64,000 nt of DNA from contig NW_003314436.1 in NCBI RefSeq assembly GCF_000143415.4, positions 1 to 64,000 of the forward strand. The letters run 5' to 3'. The DNA is from Selaginella moellendorffii. Taxonomy: Eukaryota; Plantae; Lycopodiophyta. The notes beneath the pieces are model-generated. The model searched no databases. It saw only the letters and a list, made by a program, of their open reading frames with translations, and was not told where the DNA came from. The translations under genes were made by a program, and so were the position numbers. Positions 49,631-62,278 of the stretch are shown here, in pieces. Position 1 is the first letter of the stretch. Every line of letters begins with the position of its first letter.

Positions 49631-51008
49631 ATGCAGTCTCTCTCGATCGGGATAGGGCGCTCGCTTTTCTACCTTAGGCTGGGAATGGGGCGGACTCGCA
49701 GCGTTACCGAGTTTTTCCAGCCTCCCAAGAGGGTGAAGGTGGGATCGGAGGACCGAGCACAGGTTTTTCATACTGCTGCCGCTACCGTGGATGGAGAGGA
49801 TGGGTCTGGATTCTCGTTTCGTCGTCTCAGCGATGAGGAGCTCGCTCGAAAGTTTGACGATCAGAGTCCAGCTCCGAAGCACCAATCTTCCTACTCGTTC
49901 AAGACAGCTCTTTCAGTGGAAGAAAATGCCGAAGGAGAACAAGGTCCGAGTAAAGACGAGAAGGTCCGAGTGGAAACGTCAGTGGAGGAGCGCACGGAAG
50001 TTTCAACGCTAAGCAAAGAGCAAAAGATGCGAGTGGACATGAACAAGTCCATGGCTCTGGCCAGGAGAAAGCTGCGACTGTGCGAGGAGGTCGTCCAAGC
50101 TTGTAAGTGTTTTCTTAGTTCTTTTTCTCGCGTATGTAACTTTCGTGGTTTTTCGTTCTTTCTCCAGCGCAAGGAGAATTCCCCGACTTGGAGAAGCTTT
50201 TGGTGGAACCGAGCTGGGTGGAGGTCTTGCAGGACGAGTTCAAGAAGCCATACATGGAGAATCTCCAGACTTTTGTGAAGCAACAAGCGGCCGGAAAAGT
50301 TCCCGTTTATCCACCAGCGGCCAAAGTGTTCAATGCCTTCAACTCGTGCCCTTTCGATCGAGTGAAGGTTGTTCTTCTTGGTCAGGTATGCATTTGATTT
50401 CCTCTCCAACATTGTCCAAAAATATTTGTTTTTCTCCAGGATCCTTACCATGGTCCAGGCCAGGCCATGGGTTTATCATTCTCGGTTCCAGAAGGCATCA
50501 GAATTCCTTCCAGCCTGCTCAACATGTACAAAGAAATCCACAGCGACGTTGGTTGCCGGGTTCCGCTACACGGAAACCTTGAAAAGTGGGCATACCAGGG
50601 AGTTTTGCTGCTAAACACTGTTCTCACGGGTACGCAAGGAGATCTCTTGCTCGAGTTCTTTTCTTTTCCGTTTCGCTTATTTCGTTTGGACTAGTTCGCG
50701 AGCAGCAGGCAAACTCTCATGCCAAGAAAGGCTGGGAGCCGTTCACTGACGCAGCCATCCGTGCCATTTCGAAAAGAAAGACCGGGGTTGTATTTCTGCT
50801 GTGGGGGAACTGCGCACAAGAGAAAATCCGGTGAGTGGAAAACTCTCGCCAGCATGTTTTGCATTCGATGTTGCTGAACATCCTTTCTTTCTTTGTTTGC
50901 AGTTTAATCAACCCAAACGAGTATCACGTCTTAAATCCATCTGGCCTCTCCGCCCACAAGAAACCGAAGAAACAAATGTATATACTATGTTTAATATTAA
51001 ACTCATAA
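49631..51008 (+). pseudogene. UNG: Uracil-DNA glycosylase copy with catalytic His deleted and C-terminus replaced
   Basis: GQ|[16 protein letters not shown] and [10 protein letters not shown] are intact. [12 protein letters not shown] has become VLNPSGLSA (9-nt deletion), then non-UNG sequence runs to TAA at 51006-51008. Confidence 0.85.
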
Positions 51009-51349
51009 TATTCCCTTCTATGCTGTAGTTTCTTCCTTTTTTGAGTTGGTAGTGTTTGTTTTGGGGTCTTTTCTACAGTTGATTATTAATTTTGAGTATA
51101 CCTTTATTACTTCTGAAACTTGTTAGCAGGGAAGTAGTGTTGTTGCTAGTGTGTCTGGGACTGGTGTAGAATACTTCTTTATTAAAAAAAAAAATCTCTC
51201 AAACAATAATATCTTAAAATTTCACACTTTCATGAATGATTATCATCCATAAATGAATGGTTTAGTGAAAAGGCTCATCAAAACACATGAATATATACAG
51301 TCAGCATTCCTTGTCGGTGAAGTGTGAAAAGGGTTTTGACCCTCTTGGC

Positions 51350-51841
51350 ATGGCGAGATCGACGCTGGTATTGGACCTAGATCAGACGCTCGTCAGTGTG
51401 GTTGATCACGATGAAGAAACTTTGCTCCAGTGCGTGACGAAACGACCAGGTTTGGACAGGTTCCTCAAGGATATGTCCCAGGTTTACGAGATTGTAGTCT
51501 TTAGTGCCTCGGGTGCGTCATACGTGAAGAAGATCGTGAGTAGCTTAGATCCCACCGGGGAAATATTTTCTGCCGTGTTCACCGGGAGCGACACGGATTG
51601 GTTGAGCGGCCAAAGGGTGAAGGATTTGCGAAAACTAAACAGGGACAAAATCGTGTGGATCGATGACAACGCGAGCTTGTACCCCTACAATCCCAAAAAT
51701 GGCATCCAAGTCCCACCCTTTCACGGTGATCCCAATGATTCTATCCTTGGGGCCTTGACTCCCCTTTTACTAGAGGTGGCATTGGGCCAAATCAGTGTTG
51801 AGAATGCAAGCGAACTATTTGTTCGTGCAAGAAATAAATAG
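51350..51841 (+). CDS. Minimal FCP1/SCP (NIF) phosphatase (copy 2)
   Basis: Same motifs as copy 1 (LVLDLDQTLV, WIDDN) and near-identical DNA. Confidence 0.88.
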   Translation: MARSTLVLDLDQTLVSVVDHDEETLLQCVTKRPGLDRFLKDMSQVYEIVVFSASGASYVKKIVSSLDPTGEIFSAVFTGSDTDWLSGQRVKDLRKLNRDKIVWIDDNASLYPYNPKNGIQVPPFHGDPNDSILGALTPLLLEVALGQISVENASELFVRARNK

Positions 51842-51889
51842 AAATCCCCAGTGCTTAGGGTTCTTTATTCTTTCGAACGAGTCGGTGCC

Positions 51890-52897
51890 ATAATGGATAT
51901 TTGATCGCCAAGGTGATGTGCTTAAGCCCTCGGTACCTTTTCTTCTTCGATCCATTCGCTCCTCCAAGCAAGGTATAGCTCCATTGGTTCCAGCCCCGCT
52001 TGCTCCTTTTTGCATTGAAGATCTCTGCCACGGCATTCTCATGAACCGGTCTACGGTCCCTCGGGATTTGTTGGAGGGGGATGCCCGGGGTTTGTACGAA
52101 GGCATCGAGCGCTGCAAAGGTCTGGTTTTGCTTCTTTTTCTTGTCTCTCTTTTCTTATGCTTGTCTTGCAGAATTCAAGGGTGCTCCTCTTCCTGTGAAA
52201 TCTGTTCGTCTTCTCGAGCTGCTGCTGCCTTTGGTGAGGCCAAGGTCGGCAGCAGAAGACGCAGTGGTCGTGATCACAAAGGACTCAAACGTGCGGTACA
52301 CGCAGGAGGTCCTACGCTGCTACTATCACCCCGTGAAGCTCGTGGGGAGTCTTCCAGACCACGAGTGGATGTTCAGGCGCTTGGATGTCCTTGTTGCGAG
52401 TCCTGAGGACATTTGCAAGCTCCGTGCTCGTGGTGAGATCACGGATGCCTGCTTACTTGCTGTCGTTCTGATTGACGACGACAACCCGGAGTTCTTTACA
52501 CAGGTTCGCGTTACCGTATGGTATGCTATTCTAGTGCTGACTGAAGTGCACCATGCAGGTTCTTGCCATGCTCGAGTGTTTCTCCTTCGTCTTGAGCCTT
52601 CCGTTGGTGTTGCGGCCACCTGTTCTCAGGTTTGTTTCATGCCTTGTTCTTGAAAGCTTGTATTCAGGCAGCTTCTTTTGTTACTAGGTTCGTCAGGACG
52701 ACGGCAGTCTCATGGCTTACTCCAGCGACGCTTTCGTCTATGGCTACGGAGCTGCGGGAAGTCTTCTTATCGTCTACTACGCCATTGATCAGCCTGGAGG
52801 AACACTCGTCAAAGAGAAACCTCTCCAAAAAATTCATACTCTACCTCATTATCGACATTGCGTACATCAATCGCAGCAGCTGTTCGGAGAGAACTAA
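51890..52897 (+). CDS. Orphan multi-exon gene with degenerate DEAD-box-like domain (start uncertain)
   Basis: Spliced frame AVVVITKD...LDVLVASPEDICKLRARGEITDACLLAVVLIDDD resembles helicase motifs Ia/Ib/II. GT-AG introns are present. Confidence 0.5.
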
Positions 52898-53209
52898 ATT
52901 CTCTGGAATGTTGTCCCTGGAAAAAGCTGTAACCCTGACTCGTTTTTTCTCACGAAACAAACCTCATCGAAGGATCTCTTAGGTGAATGCTGAGAAGATT
53001 GGCCGTGATTTCCACCGCAATCGGGACACGCTCTTGCCTGCCATGCCGTAATCTGTGCAAATTCCAAGAATCTCGTCAAAGAAATGGACGAGAACAAGAG
53101 CGTACCCTGCCGATCGCGGCCGATATTCTCGATGAGAAATCCGAGAAGAGCGCAGATCTCACGCAATCTCATTCCTTCCAGCTGCCCCAGGCGCACATTC
53201 ATCTTCTCT

Positions 53210-53254
53210 TTCTTCTTCTTCTTCTTCTTCTTCTTCTTCTTCTTCTTCTTCTTC
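53210..53254. repeat. (CTT)n microsatellite
   Basis: About 14 uninterrupted CTT units. Confidence 0.95.
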
Positions 53255-55228
53255 ATCGCCCGATAAACCCTAAACCCCGGGTTAGTAGATTCTAAGAACG
53301 TAGAAAAGAGTTTCACTTCATCAAAGCGTTAATAGCAGTGGCGAAAGAGCTAGTCTCACGCAAACCACGAAGATCAAATGGAATCAAGCGCAGGAACTGG
53401 AGAAGTTCGTGATAATCTGGAACAAGAACTACACAGTCCAAGTCAAGCTGAGAAAACGTAGCAGCCTGGCGTCAATTCCAATAGTTTGATTTTTTATTAT
53501 TTCTTGTTTATATGATTTTATTATTTTCGTCCTTCCTTCCATACAGTTTATTTAAAAAGCTCCATCTAAGTGTTACAATAATAAGAAGACATTGCTAGTA
53601 GTGATGGCTATGGCTTTGTTTGCATGCAAGAGCACAGCTCCTTTTAGTGGAGTATTCCAATAGTGGCCTAATGATATGAATCTTGGAAGTGATGCCTCCA
53701 CATGGAATTGTGGCCCTCAATAAGATCATCAAAAAGTTTGTTCCAGGACATTGCAGTGCTCCACCTCTGAACTGAAATTGAAAATGCCATCATATGTGAC
53801 ATACGTTAATCTCCATTATGGAGCTTCTGTGGGTTCGTATAAAAAATCACAAGGAAACACAGAAGAAAAGTAAGGAAAACTTCAGAAGCTCTATTAGCTA
53901 CAGGAGCGATGGAAGTATGCGTGAGAAGCCCAGGAATCTATTCATGCTCACGAAACACCAGGTTGTGGAGGGCCTCATTGCAATCGAGCCTGAATTGCTT
54001 CTTGGCTAGGTCCAGCAACACAGTAGACTCCCTGGACGATCAAAAGGCAGAAATGAAACACTGCAGAGGAGGAGCTCCTAAATCACAGCAGGAGTGGTGT
54101 GTGAGGCCACATTGGAGCCAATTGGACATTAATCCAAAGCTGCATTAGCAAGGATAAGTTGACTGGAAAGGTTAGTGCAGAAGCCAACGGAGTCTGAAAC
54201 CCTAGTGAAGTCACATGATAAATGATATCTCCTTTACTATATGTACTTTTGTGTAAAGAGGAAATACTAATGGCAAGGATCTTCCATGGGATGTGCAATA
54301 CCAGGTGTCTAGAGGGGATTGCTATGTGTTTTAGGGATATGTGTGGGTACTCTTGAGGTAGCTCACAGCATTTTAGTAGAGCAAGAAGGAAACACAATAG
54401 ATATTATTAGAGAGATAAAAGTGATAGAAGTACAAATATAAAGAAAAAAAGAGATTTAAGGGAGTATGAGATAAAGAGAAAACACATTTAGCATGATTTT
54501 TAACTATTTACTTAATCTTAGTACAAAAAATAATCTATCAGTCAAAAGGATAATTAACCCATAATCAACTTAAGAAGAGATGGTTAACTCTCATTGCCTC
54601 AAAACATCTCTCACATCAAGGAGCATAAGAGCAAAACAATAGAGCAAAAAGGACCAAGAAGTAATAGGGGGAGAAAGAGAATGTGGATAAAATGCAGGGG
54701 TATACTTGTTGAAAGCTCTTGCCTTCTCTTTGTTCAATATCTTCTCTTGATCTTGACTAATTGTTGGATTGGAAGTTGAAATTGAAACCAAGAGTGAAGA
54801 AGACCAAGATGAAGTCCACTACTCCTTGAGGGGTTGGAGCTTGAAGATGATATAGAACATGGAGCATGGAGTGCGGAGCATGGCATGTGGCATATGGAGT
54901 GTAGAGCATCAAAGCTCACAAACCCTTGCATTTTGCATCCATGCTTCAAGTTGGGCACCACAAGGCCATTAAAATAGCTTAAAAATAGATCCATAGACAT
55001 CATGCCTTTGTGCTTTAAGTACATATCCACTAGGGAATTCAATTATGTTTATAACTAATGGAGGCAAAGTCCAGATGTTATATTCATGCATGAGGATTCA
55101 AACTCACACATGATGATTTATAATAGTGCTCACCCTTAGTGGCTAGACGAAAATTTTAATTGCAAACTCCCACGGTGGATAGTGGTGGCAAATAAATACC
55201 AAAGAGATGGCAAATACATAAACTCTTA

Positions 55229-55803
55229 GTGTCGAAAAAGCAGGCACACACTTGGCCCTATGCCTTGAGCGCTGTGAAATGCGAGCAAGGGCCGCAGGAG
55301 GAGGAGCGTGATCGTGTTCTTGCTCTCTCCGACCAGGCTGAGAGCTTCCTTAAGCTGGGACGATATGAGCAGTGCGTGGATGCCGCAAGCGCCGCTCTTG
55401 CCGTGGATCCCCGCCACCTCAAGAGCCTCTACAGGAAAGCTTTAGCGCTGCTCAATCTCTAGTGCTACGAGTGGTCGTGCCGGCTCTTAAACGACGTTTT
55501 TGGAGTGGTTGAGGCAATCGATCAGCTGCACGAGAGATGCCAGAAGCTCGCAATCCAGAGCCAGGACATCAGCAGCATCACGGCAGATATCCACGGCTTT
55601 TTTCGGGCCTGGAGCGAAGGAGAGAAAGCCCCACTTTTCCCAGAGGTTGCTGACAACGTTTGCCAAGTGGAAGTGAAGAAATGCGAGGACCAGAGCAAGC
55701 AACGAGGCCGGGGGCTCTTTGCAACGACCAACATCAAGAAAGGCGAGCTTGTCCTTACCAGCAACTCGGGGGCTTTCGAGCGAGGTGGCAACATCTCGAT
55801 ATG
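55229..55803 (+). pseudogene. TPR + SET-domain gene fragment (ATXR1/SDG35-like) with premature stop, cut by an LTR insertion
   Basis: LALSDQAESFLKLGRYEQCVDAASAALAVDPRHLKSLYRKALAL (TPR), in-frame TAG at 55460-55462, then RGRGLFATTNIKKGELVL (SET N-terminus). Confidence 0.75.
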
Positions 55804-56481
55804 TGTTGAGATTAGATGCTCAGGTAGATGCTTAGCTAGGCAGTTAGGATGATGTGGCATTAGGCAGTTGCCACAGTATATAGCTTCATATATACAATAT
55901 GAGCAGTCGTTGCCTTTTTTATCATGGTATCAGAGCACAGATCTTGAGGACCTGTGAAGGATGAAGAAGAAGAAGAAGCTTCCAGATGCCAACGGCAGAA
56001 GCAGAGTAGCCTAGAGCGCAGCAACAGAGCAATGGCAGAGCCGTACCAGCGGCAGATAGTACCGACTCAGAAGCCCTGGAGCGGCAGAAGATGCTGATAT
56101 GCTCCAAGAGAGGAGCAGCAGAGCAGCCAAGAAGCCCAGGAGCAGCAGAGCAGTGACTCAGCAGGCCGAGAAGCAGAACGGCGGCAGGAGTGGCCAAGAT
56201 GCTCGAAGAGAGGAGCAGCAGCAGCCAAGTGAAGAGCGGCAGATGGCAGCAGCAGAGTTGGCTGAGAAGCCCAGCAGTGGCAAAAGAGCTCCAAGAGAGG
56301 AGCAGCAGCAGCCAAGTGAGCGGCGGCAGATAGCAGCGGCAGAGTTGGCTGAGAAGCCCAGCAGTGGCAAAAGAGCTCCAAGAGAGGAGCAGCAACAGCC
56401 AAAGGAGCGATGGCAAAGCAGCCAAGAGTGGCAGAGGCAGCAAGCCCTAGAGCAACAAGATGTAGTTGCTTTGAGTGGGAG
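55804..56481 (+). mobile_element. Small non-autonomous LTR element (TRIM-like): about 120-bp 5' LTR, PBS, 87-bp internal repeats, PPT-like end; no 3' LTR seen
   Basis: TGTTGA(55804)...TATCA(55924) is followed directly by TGGTATCAGAGC (tRNA-iMet PBS). ttgagtgggag at 56471. Confidence 0.7.
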
Positions 56482-56619
56482 TCAGTGTCAGTTGTATGCA
56501 TGCTAAGCATCTTATGTCTTATGTCCTTCTCTCTCGCTCTTCTCTTCTCTTTCTTTTTGTTCGTCTACTTCTTTGTGCTTGTGCTTAGGGAATCCTTTGT
56601 TTGATCGTCTCAACTTGGT

Positions 56620-57600
56620 CTCGGTTTTGAAAATAATGTAAGTTTTAAAGGATATAAAGTTATAACAATAGTAAAGTATATAAAGCATTTGGCTCTGAAA
56701 GCTTTGGAGAAAGAAGTAGCTAGAGACATTTTTAGAGCCAATTAATGAGAAGAGCTATGTTTGATGTGGACATGAACTTATGGAGGTGGGGGTAGAGAAG
56801 ATTGTCCAGGTTTTTTCAGATACTCCAAATGTTAATATATCTATTGGGACCAGGATAGAAGAAGAGTTTCCTACCATAATTTGGAATAAATGCATAGTTT
56901 CTTATATGGATCTTTTGCTAGAAGACTTTTTTGGGAAGATAGATTTCATAGCTAGCATAGTTGAAAAAGCTCATAAGGTTGAGAAATTCATCAATAAACA
57001 TGAGCATTACTCAAGAACTTTAGCAACAAGGTCATCTTCAAGCTAGTAGCTACCAACTTTGGAATAGATTTCTTGCTTATGAGGGGGCTAGGATTGATGG
57101 TAAATATCTCAAATTAAAGTAACTGGAAATCACAGTCTACGGAAAAAATTGAAGTTATAAACTCAATTTATGATAGGAGCTTCTGGAGGCTTAAGATTTT
57201 GATGCTAGAATGACAAATCTGGTTTACCAGGGAATGGAGCGTTGCTATATTCATACAATTTTAACTTGCACTTAAAGTGGTTTGGCAAAGGAATCACAGG
57301 ATTGGGGAATTGCATTTATATCCAAATTCTACCCTAAGAAATTTTAAAATAGTAGAGGTCAATTCATGAGTGATCCAGATGCTAGACCTTATTTGTGGGA
57401 GAAAGGATGGACATTATTTGAGGCTGCTGCCTAGATTCTATAGATTCTAGCGTGAGAGAGAGAGGAAGAATATTCCACTCTCAAAAAGATCCCTGAGCCT
57501 TGTACAAAAAGAGTGAGGGCAAATATTAGAAGTTTGTGGACTCTTAGAGTTTATCTTGAGCATAAGTTGGGGACTGCCCTATATCTTGAGCATAAGTTGT
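56620..57600 (+). mobile_element. hAT transposase relic (DUF659 type)
   Basis: EVGVEKIVQVFSD...EEEFPTIIWNKCIVSYMDLLLEDF, cf. EVG.ENVVQVVTDNA...W.PC.AH..DL.LED. Frame is broken. Confidence 0.7.
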
Positions 57601-57961
57601 AAGATCCTCACAACTAGTTGGTACCATATAATTTATTGTCACGCTTGACAATTGTAGTAAATATAAAATATAAAATTCATAAAATTATAATTTAATAAAT
57701 ATTATTAAAATATCCAAGTATATTCCTTATTTGTTTGTGACATTAAATTACGCTAATGCCTCTAATGTAGTTTTTATATTAATATAATGTCCAAATTTGA
57801 TCAAGTTTTTCACACTGGAAATTAAATATTAAATTAGTTTAATGCCAACCTAATGTGTTTTACTATCATTTCTTACTGTCAATGCTTTATTCTTCTTTTT
57901 ATATGAAATCTTCATTTAGGCCGTGTTGGAGCTGGACGGCTTGCGGAGAGCTCTCTCACAC

Positions 57962-59224
57962 ATGCTACCATTGGCGCTGCCCCTTGGCTCTGCAACTTTC
58001 GCACAGCTCGCCGATGATGATGAGATCGCTGCTGCTGGCTTCGCTCCAAACAGCCCGGGGGAGAGCATCGTGTCTCTCACGACAGCGGTCATGGGATCCA
58101 GCGCCGAGATGGACGAGTCCGGGAAGCTCCTCGAGTCTGCCTGGGACCAAGCCTTCTGCAACCTGTGGATGAAGCTGCTCAAGCTTGCTGGGATAACGAC
58201 TGTCGAGTTCAATCGCAGCATCGTGATGGACTCTTTGGATGGTAGCACTCGCGCCGATCTGATGCTGTGGATTGGAAACCGCCTGTGTGCCAAGTTCGGG
58301 GAGAGGCGGCAGTTCTTGCAGGATGCGCAAGAGAAGTTAGAGGAGAAGCTCGTCAACTTGGAGCCGCGGTTCTACGGCCCAGTGCCGTGGATTATCGGGG
58401 TGGCTCTGGCAGGCCAGGAGATGGCAGCGTGGGCGATGATACGGGGATCAAAGACGCCATCGCAAGTTCTTGTGGGGCCTTTGAAACTGACGTCGATGCG
58501 GGACAAGTTTACTTGCTTGCGCTTCTCCATCAATCTCCTCCGGGTTGCGCTCACGCTCAAGGACGTCGTCTCCTCCAGCTTTGTGGATCGTCCAAGGCCG
58601 TTCCGGACGCTCCCGCCAGCGTTCTATGGAGCTGCGGACCAGATCGAGAGAACGCTCTGGCTCGACAATGGTATGGCGATCAAGGAGATCTGTCCCTGGA
58701 CGCTGCATGTCAGTGAAGGATTCACGACAATGGAGTTTGTGAGGAAAGCTTACGGGCTCCAGGCAGAGGGTATAGTTCCTGGCGAGCCGATGCTCATGAG
58801 GGACAGGTACAGAGTGACCATGAAGGCCGTGGAGTGTGAGCCGCCTGTCTGTACCGAAGCGGAACTTTTCAGTGCTGTTCTATGGATTCTTCGCGGCCTG
58901 GAGAAGCTGCATGAAGCGGGGCTGGTCCATCGGGATGTGAGGTGGGAGAATGTTGCCAGGAGCGGTGGTGGCTACGTCTTGATCGACTTGGAGACTGTGT
59001 GGGAAGCTGGTGACGAGCCCGAGTGTTCGCTTCTGGTTTGGGGTGAAGAGACGCTTGTAGGCGATAAGTACACGGAGCAATCTGATCTGTATCTTGTTGG
59101 TAAGATGATGTATGTTGTGGAAAAACTCTCCCCGGCAGCTCAAGAGTTCCAGTCCAGGCTACTGGGCTCTGAGTTTGCATCAGCCAGAACTGCTATTGAA
59201 AACTTCATTGCTCTTCAGAACTGA
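57962..59224 (+). CDS. Crinkler-like nuclease-fold/kinase protein (copy 2, 5'-truncated, frame open)
   Basis: Near-identical to 41813-43116 from 57921 onward. HRDVRWENV is intact and the first ATG is at 57962. Confidence 0.7.
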   Translation: MLPLALPLGSATFAQLADDDEIAAAGFAPNSPGESIVSLTTAVMGSSAEMDESGKLLESAWDQAFCNLWMKLLKLAGITTVEFNRSIVMDSLDGSTRADLMLWIGNRLCAKFGERRQFLQDAQEKLEEKLVNLEPRFYGPVPWIIGVALAGQEMAAWAMIRGSKTPSQVLVGPLKLTSMRDKFTCLRFSINLLRVALTLKDVVSSSFVDRPRPFRTLPPAFYGAADQIERTLWLDNGMAIKEICPWTLHVSEGFTTMEFVRKAYGLQAEGIVPGEPMLMRDRYRVTMKAVECEPPVCTEAELFSAVLWILRGLEKLHEAGLVHRDVRWENVARSGGGYVLIDLETVWEAGDEPECSLLVWGEETLVGDKYTEQSDLYLVGKMMYVVEKLSPAAQEFQSRLLGSEFASARTAIENFIALQN

Positions 59225-60777
59225 AAAGCTTGGAGGACAAATGTTCGTGTTTGTTTTTGGATGCCCCTGGCATGAAGTGAGAGATTTTACAATCTCTAGT
59301 TTAGCAAAGGAAGTATTTTACTCAAAAATACTATTAAATCTTAAAGGAAAATTATGGTTTAAGTCATTAAAATTTTAGTGATTGAATCTGTATATTTTTA
59401 TCACACTATGGCAACTAGGCCATAAAACAATATTTTATCAAAAAATTATTTTGAAATTTTGCAAAATAAATAACAAGATTTAAGCTATGAATAGCAATAT
59501 AGTAAGTGGACAAATATTTATGAACTAAATATATTTTAAACCCTAAGTCCTATAGATTTTCTTGAACAAATAAAAAATAAAAAAAATTATATTACATTTA
59601 GTTAAAAAATAAAGATATTGTAGATTTATTAGAAATTTGGTTGTTTAAGTATCAGATATTAAAATTTCTTACAGTTACTAATTTTCACAACATATTTTTT
59701 AATTGATGTATTTTAATGTCCAACTAAAAGATATAAAAAAGAGATAATCATGCATATTTTAAAATAAAAATTTTCAAGAAAAAGGGTCATTCTCTCTTTT
59801 AAATATCATAACTAAATATAGAAATATAGAAATAACTAAATAAAATTAATTTAGAAGTATATTAGTATATACATATTTTTATATTTATGTACCTGTATGG
59901 TTAAAGCTAAACTTAAATATCTATTTGGTGTTGATTATAATATATCAAATCAATGTTTTTAAATTTTTGTGATTTAATAACAACTTGATCGGGGATTGCA
60001 TCTTATTTGCAGTCGTTCCATCTAGAAGAACAAAATATATTTTCTCGTTCTTTTTCTTGATGTTTGCTCAGAATGATATTACTTTAAAATTTATTAAACT
60101 ATTTACTTTGTTTGTATTTAAATTTTCAGGCTTTTTGTCAGCATTGTCACATACACATAATTATGTGTTTATTTAATTTATAAATAAAATTAATATTTAT
60201 TATCAAATTTTTTAAAACGTTATATTTTTATTATTTTTAATAAATATTTTCTAGAATAAATTTCAAATATACATAACTACATTGAAGTTGAAATTCTATA
60301 GAAATTTTGTAATTTAACATATTAATTATAATTCACATTGCAAACTAAAATTTAAGTAACAAATAATTACTCTATAGAGCCATAATACCAAAGACATTAA
60401 TCTTCTTATAATATAAGTGACATTTAATTTTTATTGCATCTATTATAATATAAACCCATGCTAAGTCAGATAAATATATTTTATTATAAAATCAAGTTTC
60501 ATGTTCTCAAAATAATAGTAGCATACTTTCAATTTTGATATTGCTTCAAATTTATTCTTGTTGATATAATGTAATCTGTTTTTCCTTACACTTTTCTGAA
60601 TGTAGATTAATAGTAGAAATTATTGAGTAGTTTTGTTTCCATACTCAAGATTCGAGAGGAACACTCGCCCATTGGGATCTTTTGCAGCTCACTTGAGCAA
60701 AGACAAATTGCAAAAAAACTATTTCTGTGCCACGGAATTATTCACATAGCGACGTAAAACTCGATTGGAGCTTTAGT

Positions 60778-61972
60778 CTATTTTACCGGCGTCGATGATT
60801 CCTCCTTGGGTTCCGGTGAGGCGGAATGTAGGGCCCTGGAGCTGGAGCTGCTTACGATGGCAAAAAAATTTTTGAAGGTAAAGTAGTTACTCTCCACGTA
60901 CTTACCATCGATGAAGCCCAGTGGCGAACGGTCTTTGAAGCAATACAGTCGGTACTCGTACCCGAGTTTATCGAGCTGCCTCTTTACGCTGCGAGAGAGG
61001 AGAAGGCAAGCAGGACCAAGACCAAGATCGCGCATCATCTGGAAAACCGCATGGAAGGCGATGGGTTCAAGCAACAAATCTATATGACTGACCTCTTTTT
61101 CCTTCCCGACGACGACAAACGCGTCCACAGGCTTGGAAACCTTTGCAGCTAAGTAGGCCGCCCGAGTCTGTTGTGTAAGTGCGTCATAGTTGTGCAGCAA
61201 CTCATCGGAGGCAACGTAGAGGAAGAGATCGACGTGGGAGGGGGTCGAGCCTCTCGTAATGGGATATCGATCATCCCGTTTGAGAACCATCGCTGGCCGC
61301 TGCTCTCCGAGAATGTCGATGAGATCGCGTTGAGCTCCTTCGGCCATGTCTACCAGGATGGTCTTCCCAGTGATGATAAACGGGCAAGGAAGTTCTAAGG
61401 TGGAAAAGAATATGGAAGGTTGAATAATCGGAAAGATTAGATTTACCTCTCTCGATCGAGACATGCTGGATCACACTAAAGAGCGGGTCGATCATCCAAT
61501 TCGGAACTAAACACGTAATAGGAAGTAAGAGGTCCTCATTCCGGCAAGAAAGAAAAGCTAGTATTACCGACAGAATGGAGGAGGAAGATCGTGGATGCCA
61601 TTGAGCTGCAGAAAGCCGCTGGAAAGAATGTGATCGATCGATCAAAGACGCAATATTTCGGCATCATCAAGGAAGAATTCGAGAATACGTACCAAGAACT
61701 GCCATAGAAGCCCTGTCCGTGATGCTAGAGAGGAAATATGCCATCGCCAGGGTCTCCAAGGGGATTCCGACGCTCTCCCGCCAGGAAATCTTAATCTTGG
61801 TGTAGAGCAAGATCGCTGCGGGACAGAGAACGCCGAGAACGGGCAGGCCACACGGCATCGCCGCCAAGTCGCCGACCTGGAAGAGCGCCACGATCTTAGA
61901 GCTGATGATGAAGAGCGCGATCCCTAATGCCGCCAAAGCGCCGAGCTTGGAGAAGAGCGCCATCGCCGCCAT
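60778..61972 (-). CDS. Orphan membrane protein (copy 2)
   Basis: Near-identical to 48136-49312 with two in-frame 9-nt insertions. Confidence 0.55.
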
Positions 61973-62278
61973 GCGCTATTCCTTCCCACAAAGTGTTAAG
62001 GGCAAACGCAATGGCGGGCTGTTCAAAATATAGAAACGAATCTTCGCAGTATATACCACGTAGGGTTTAATCATTCCTTTTCCCCTTGCCTGGACGATAA
62101 AGTTATTTCTAGGGCTCGTATTCTCAATGGCGGGAAGAGAGGCCCTAGCTAGCTAGGGCGCGCGGGAGCACGAATCGATCCATCCAGGTCTGCCTGCTTG
62201 TGCGCCTGCCTCATTCATGTCTTCCCAGTTCTAGCATCGGAGTAGTGCATTCTCGCGATTTTGAGCTGTGTTCCTGTG

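Noticed and set aside
52894-53316. Poly-Lys / poly-Leu / poly-Phe ORFs
   Set aside because: Driven by the (CTT)n microsatellite, with no other support.
54734-55042. PPR-like NSLVDMY fragment
   Set aside because: A single short motif in degenerate sequence, too weak to call.
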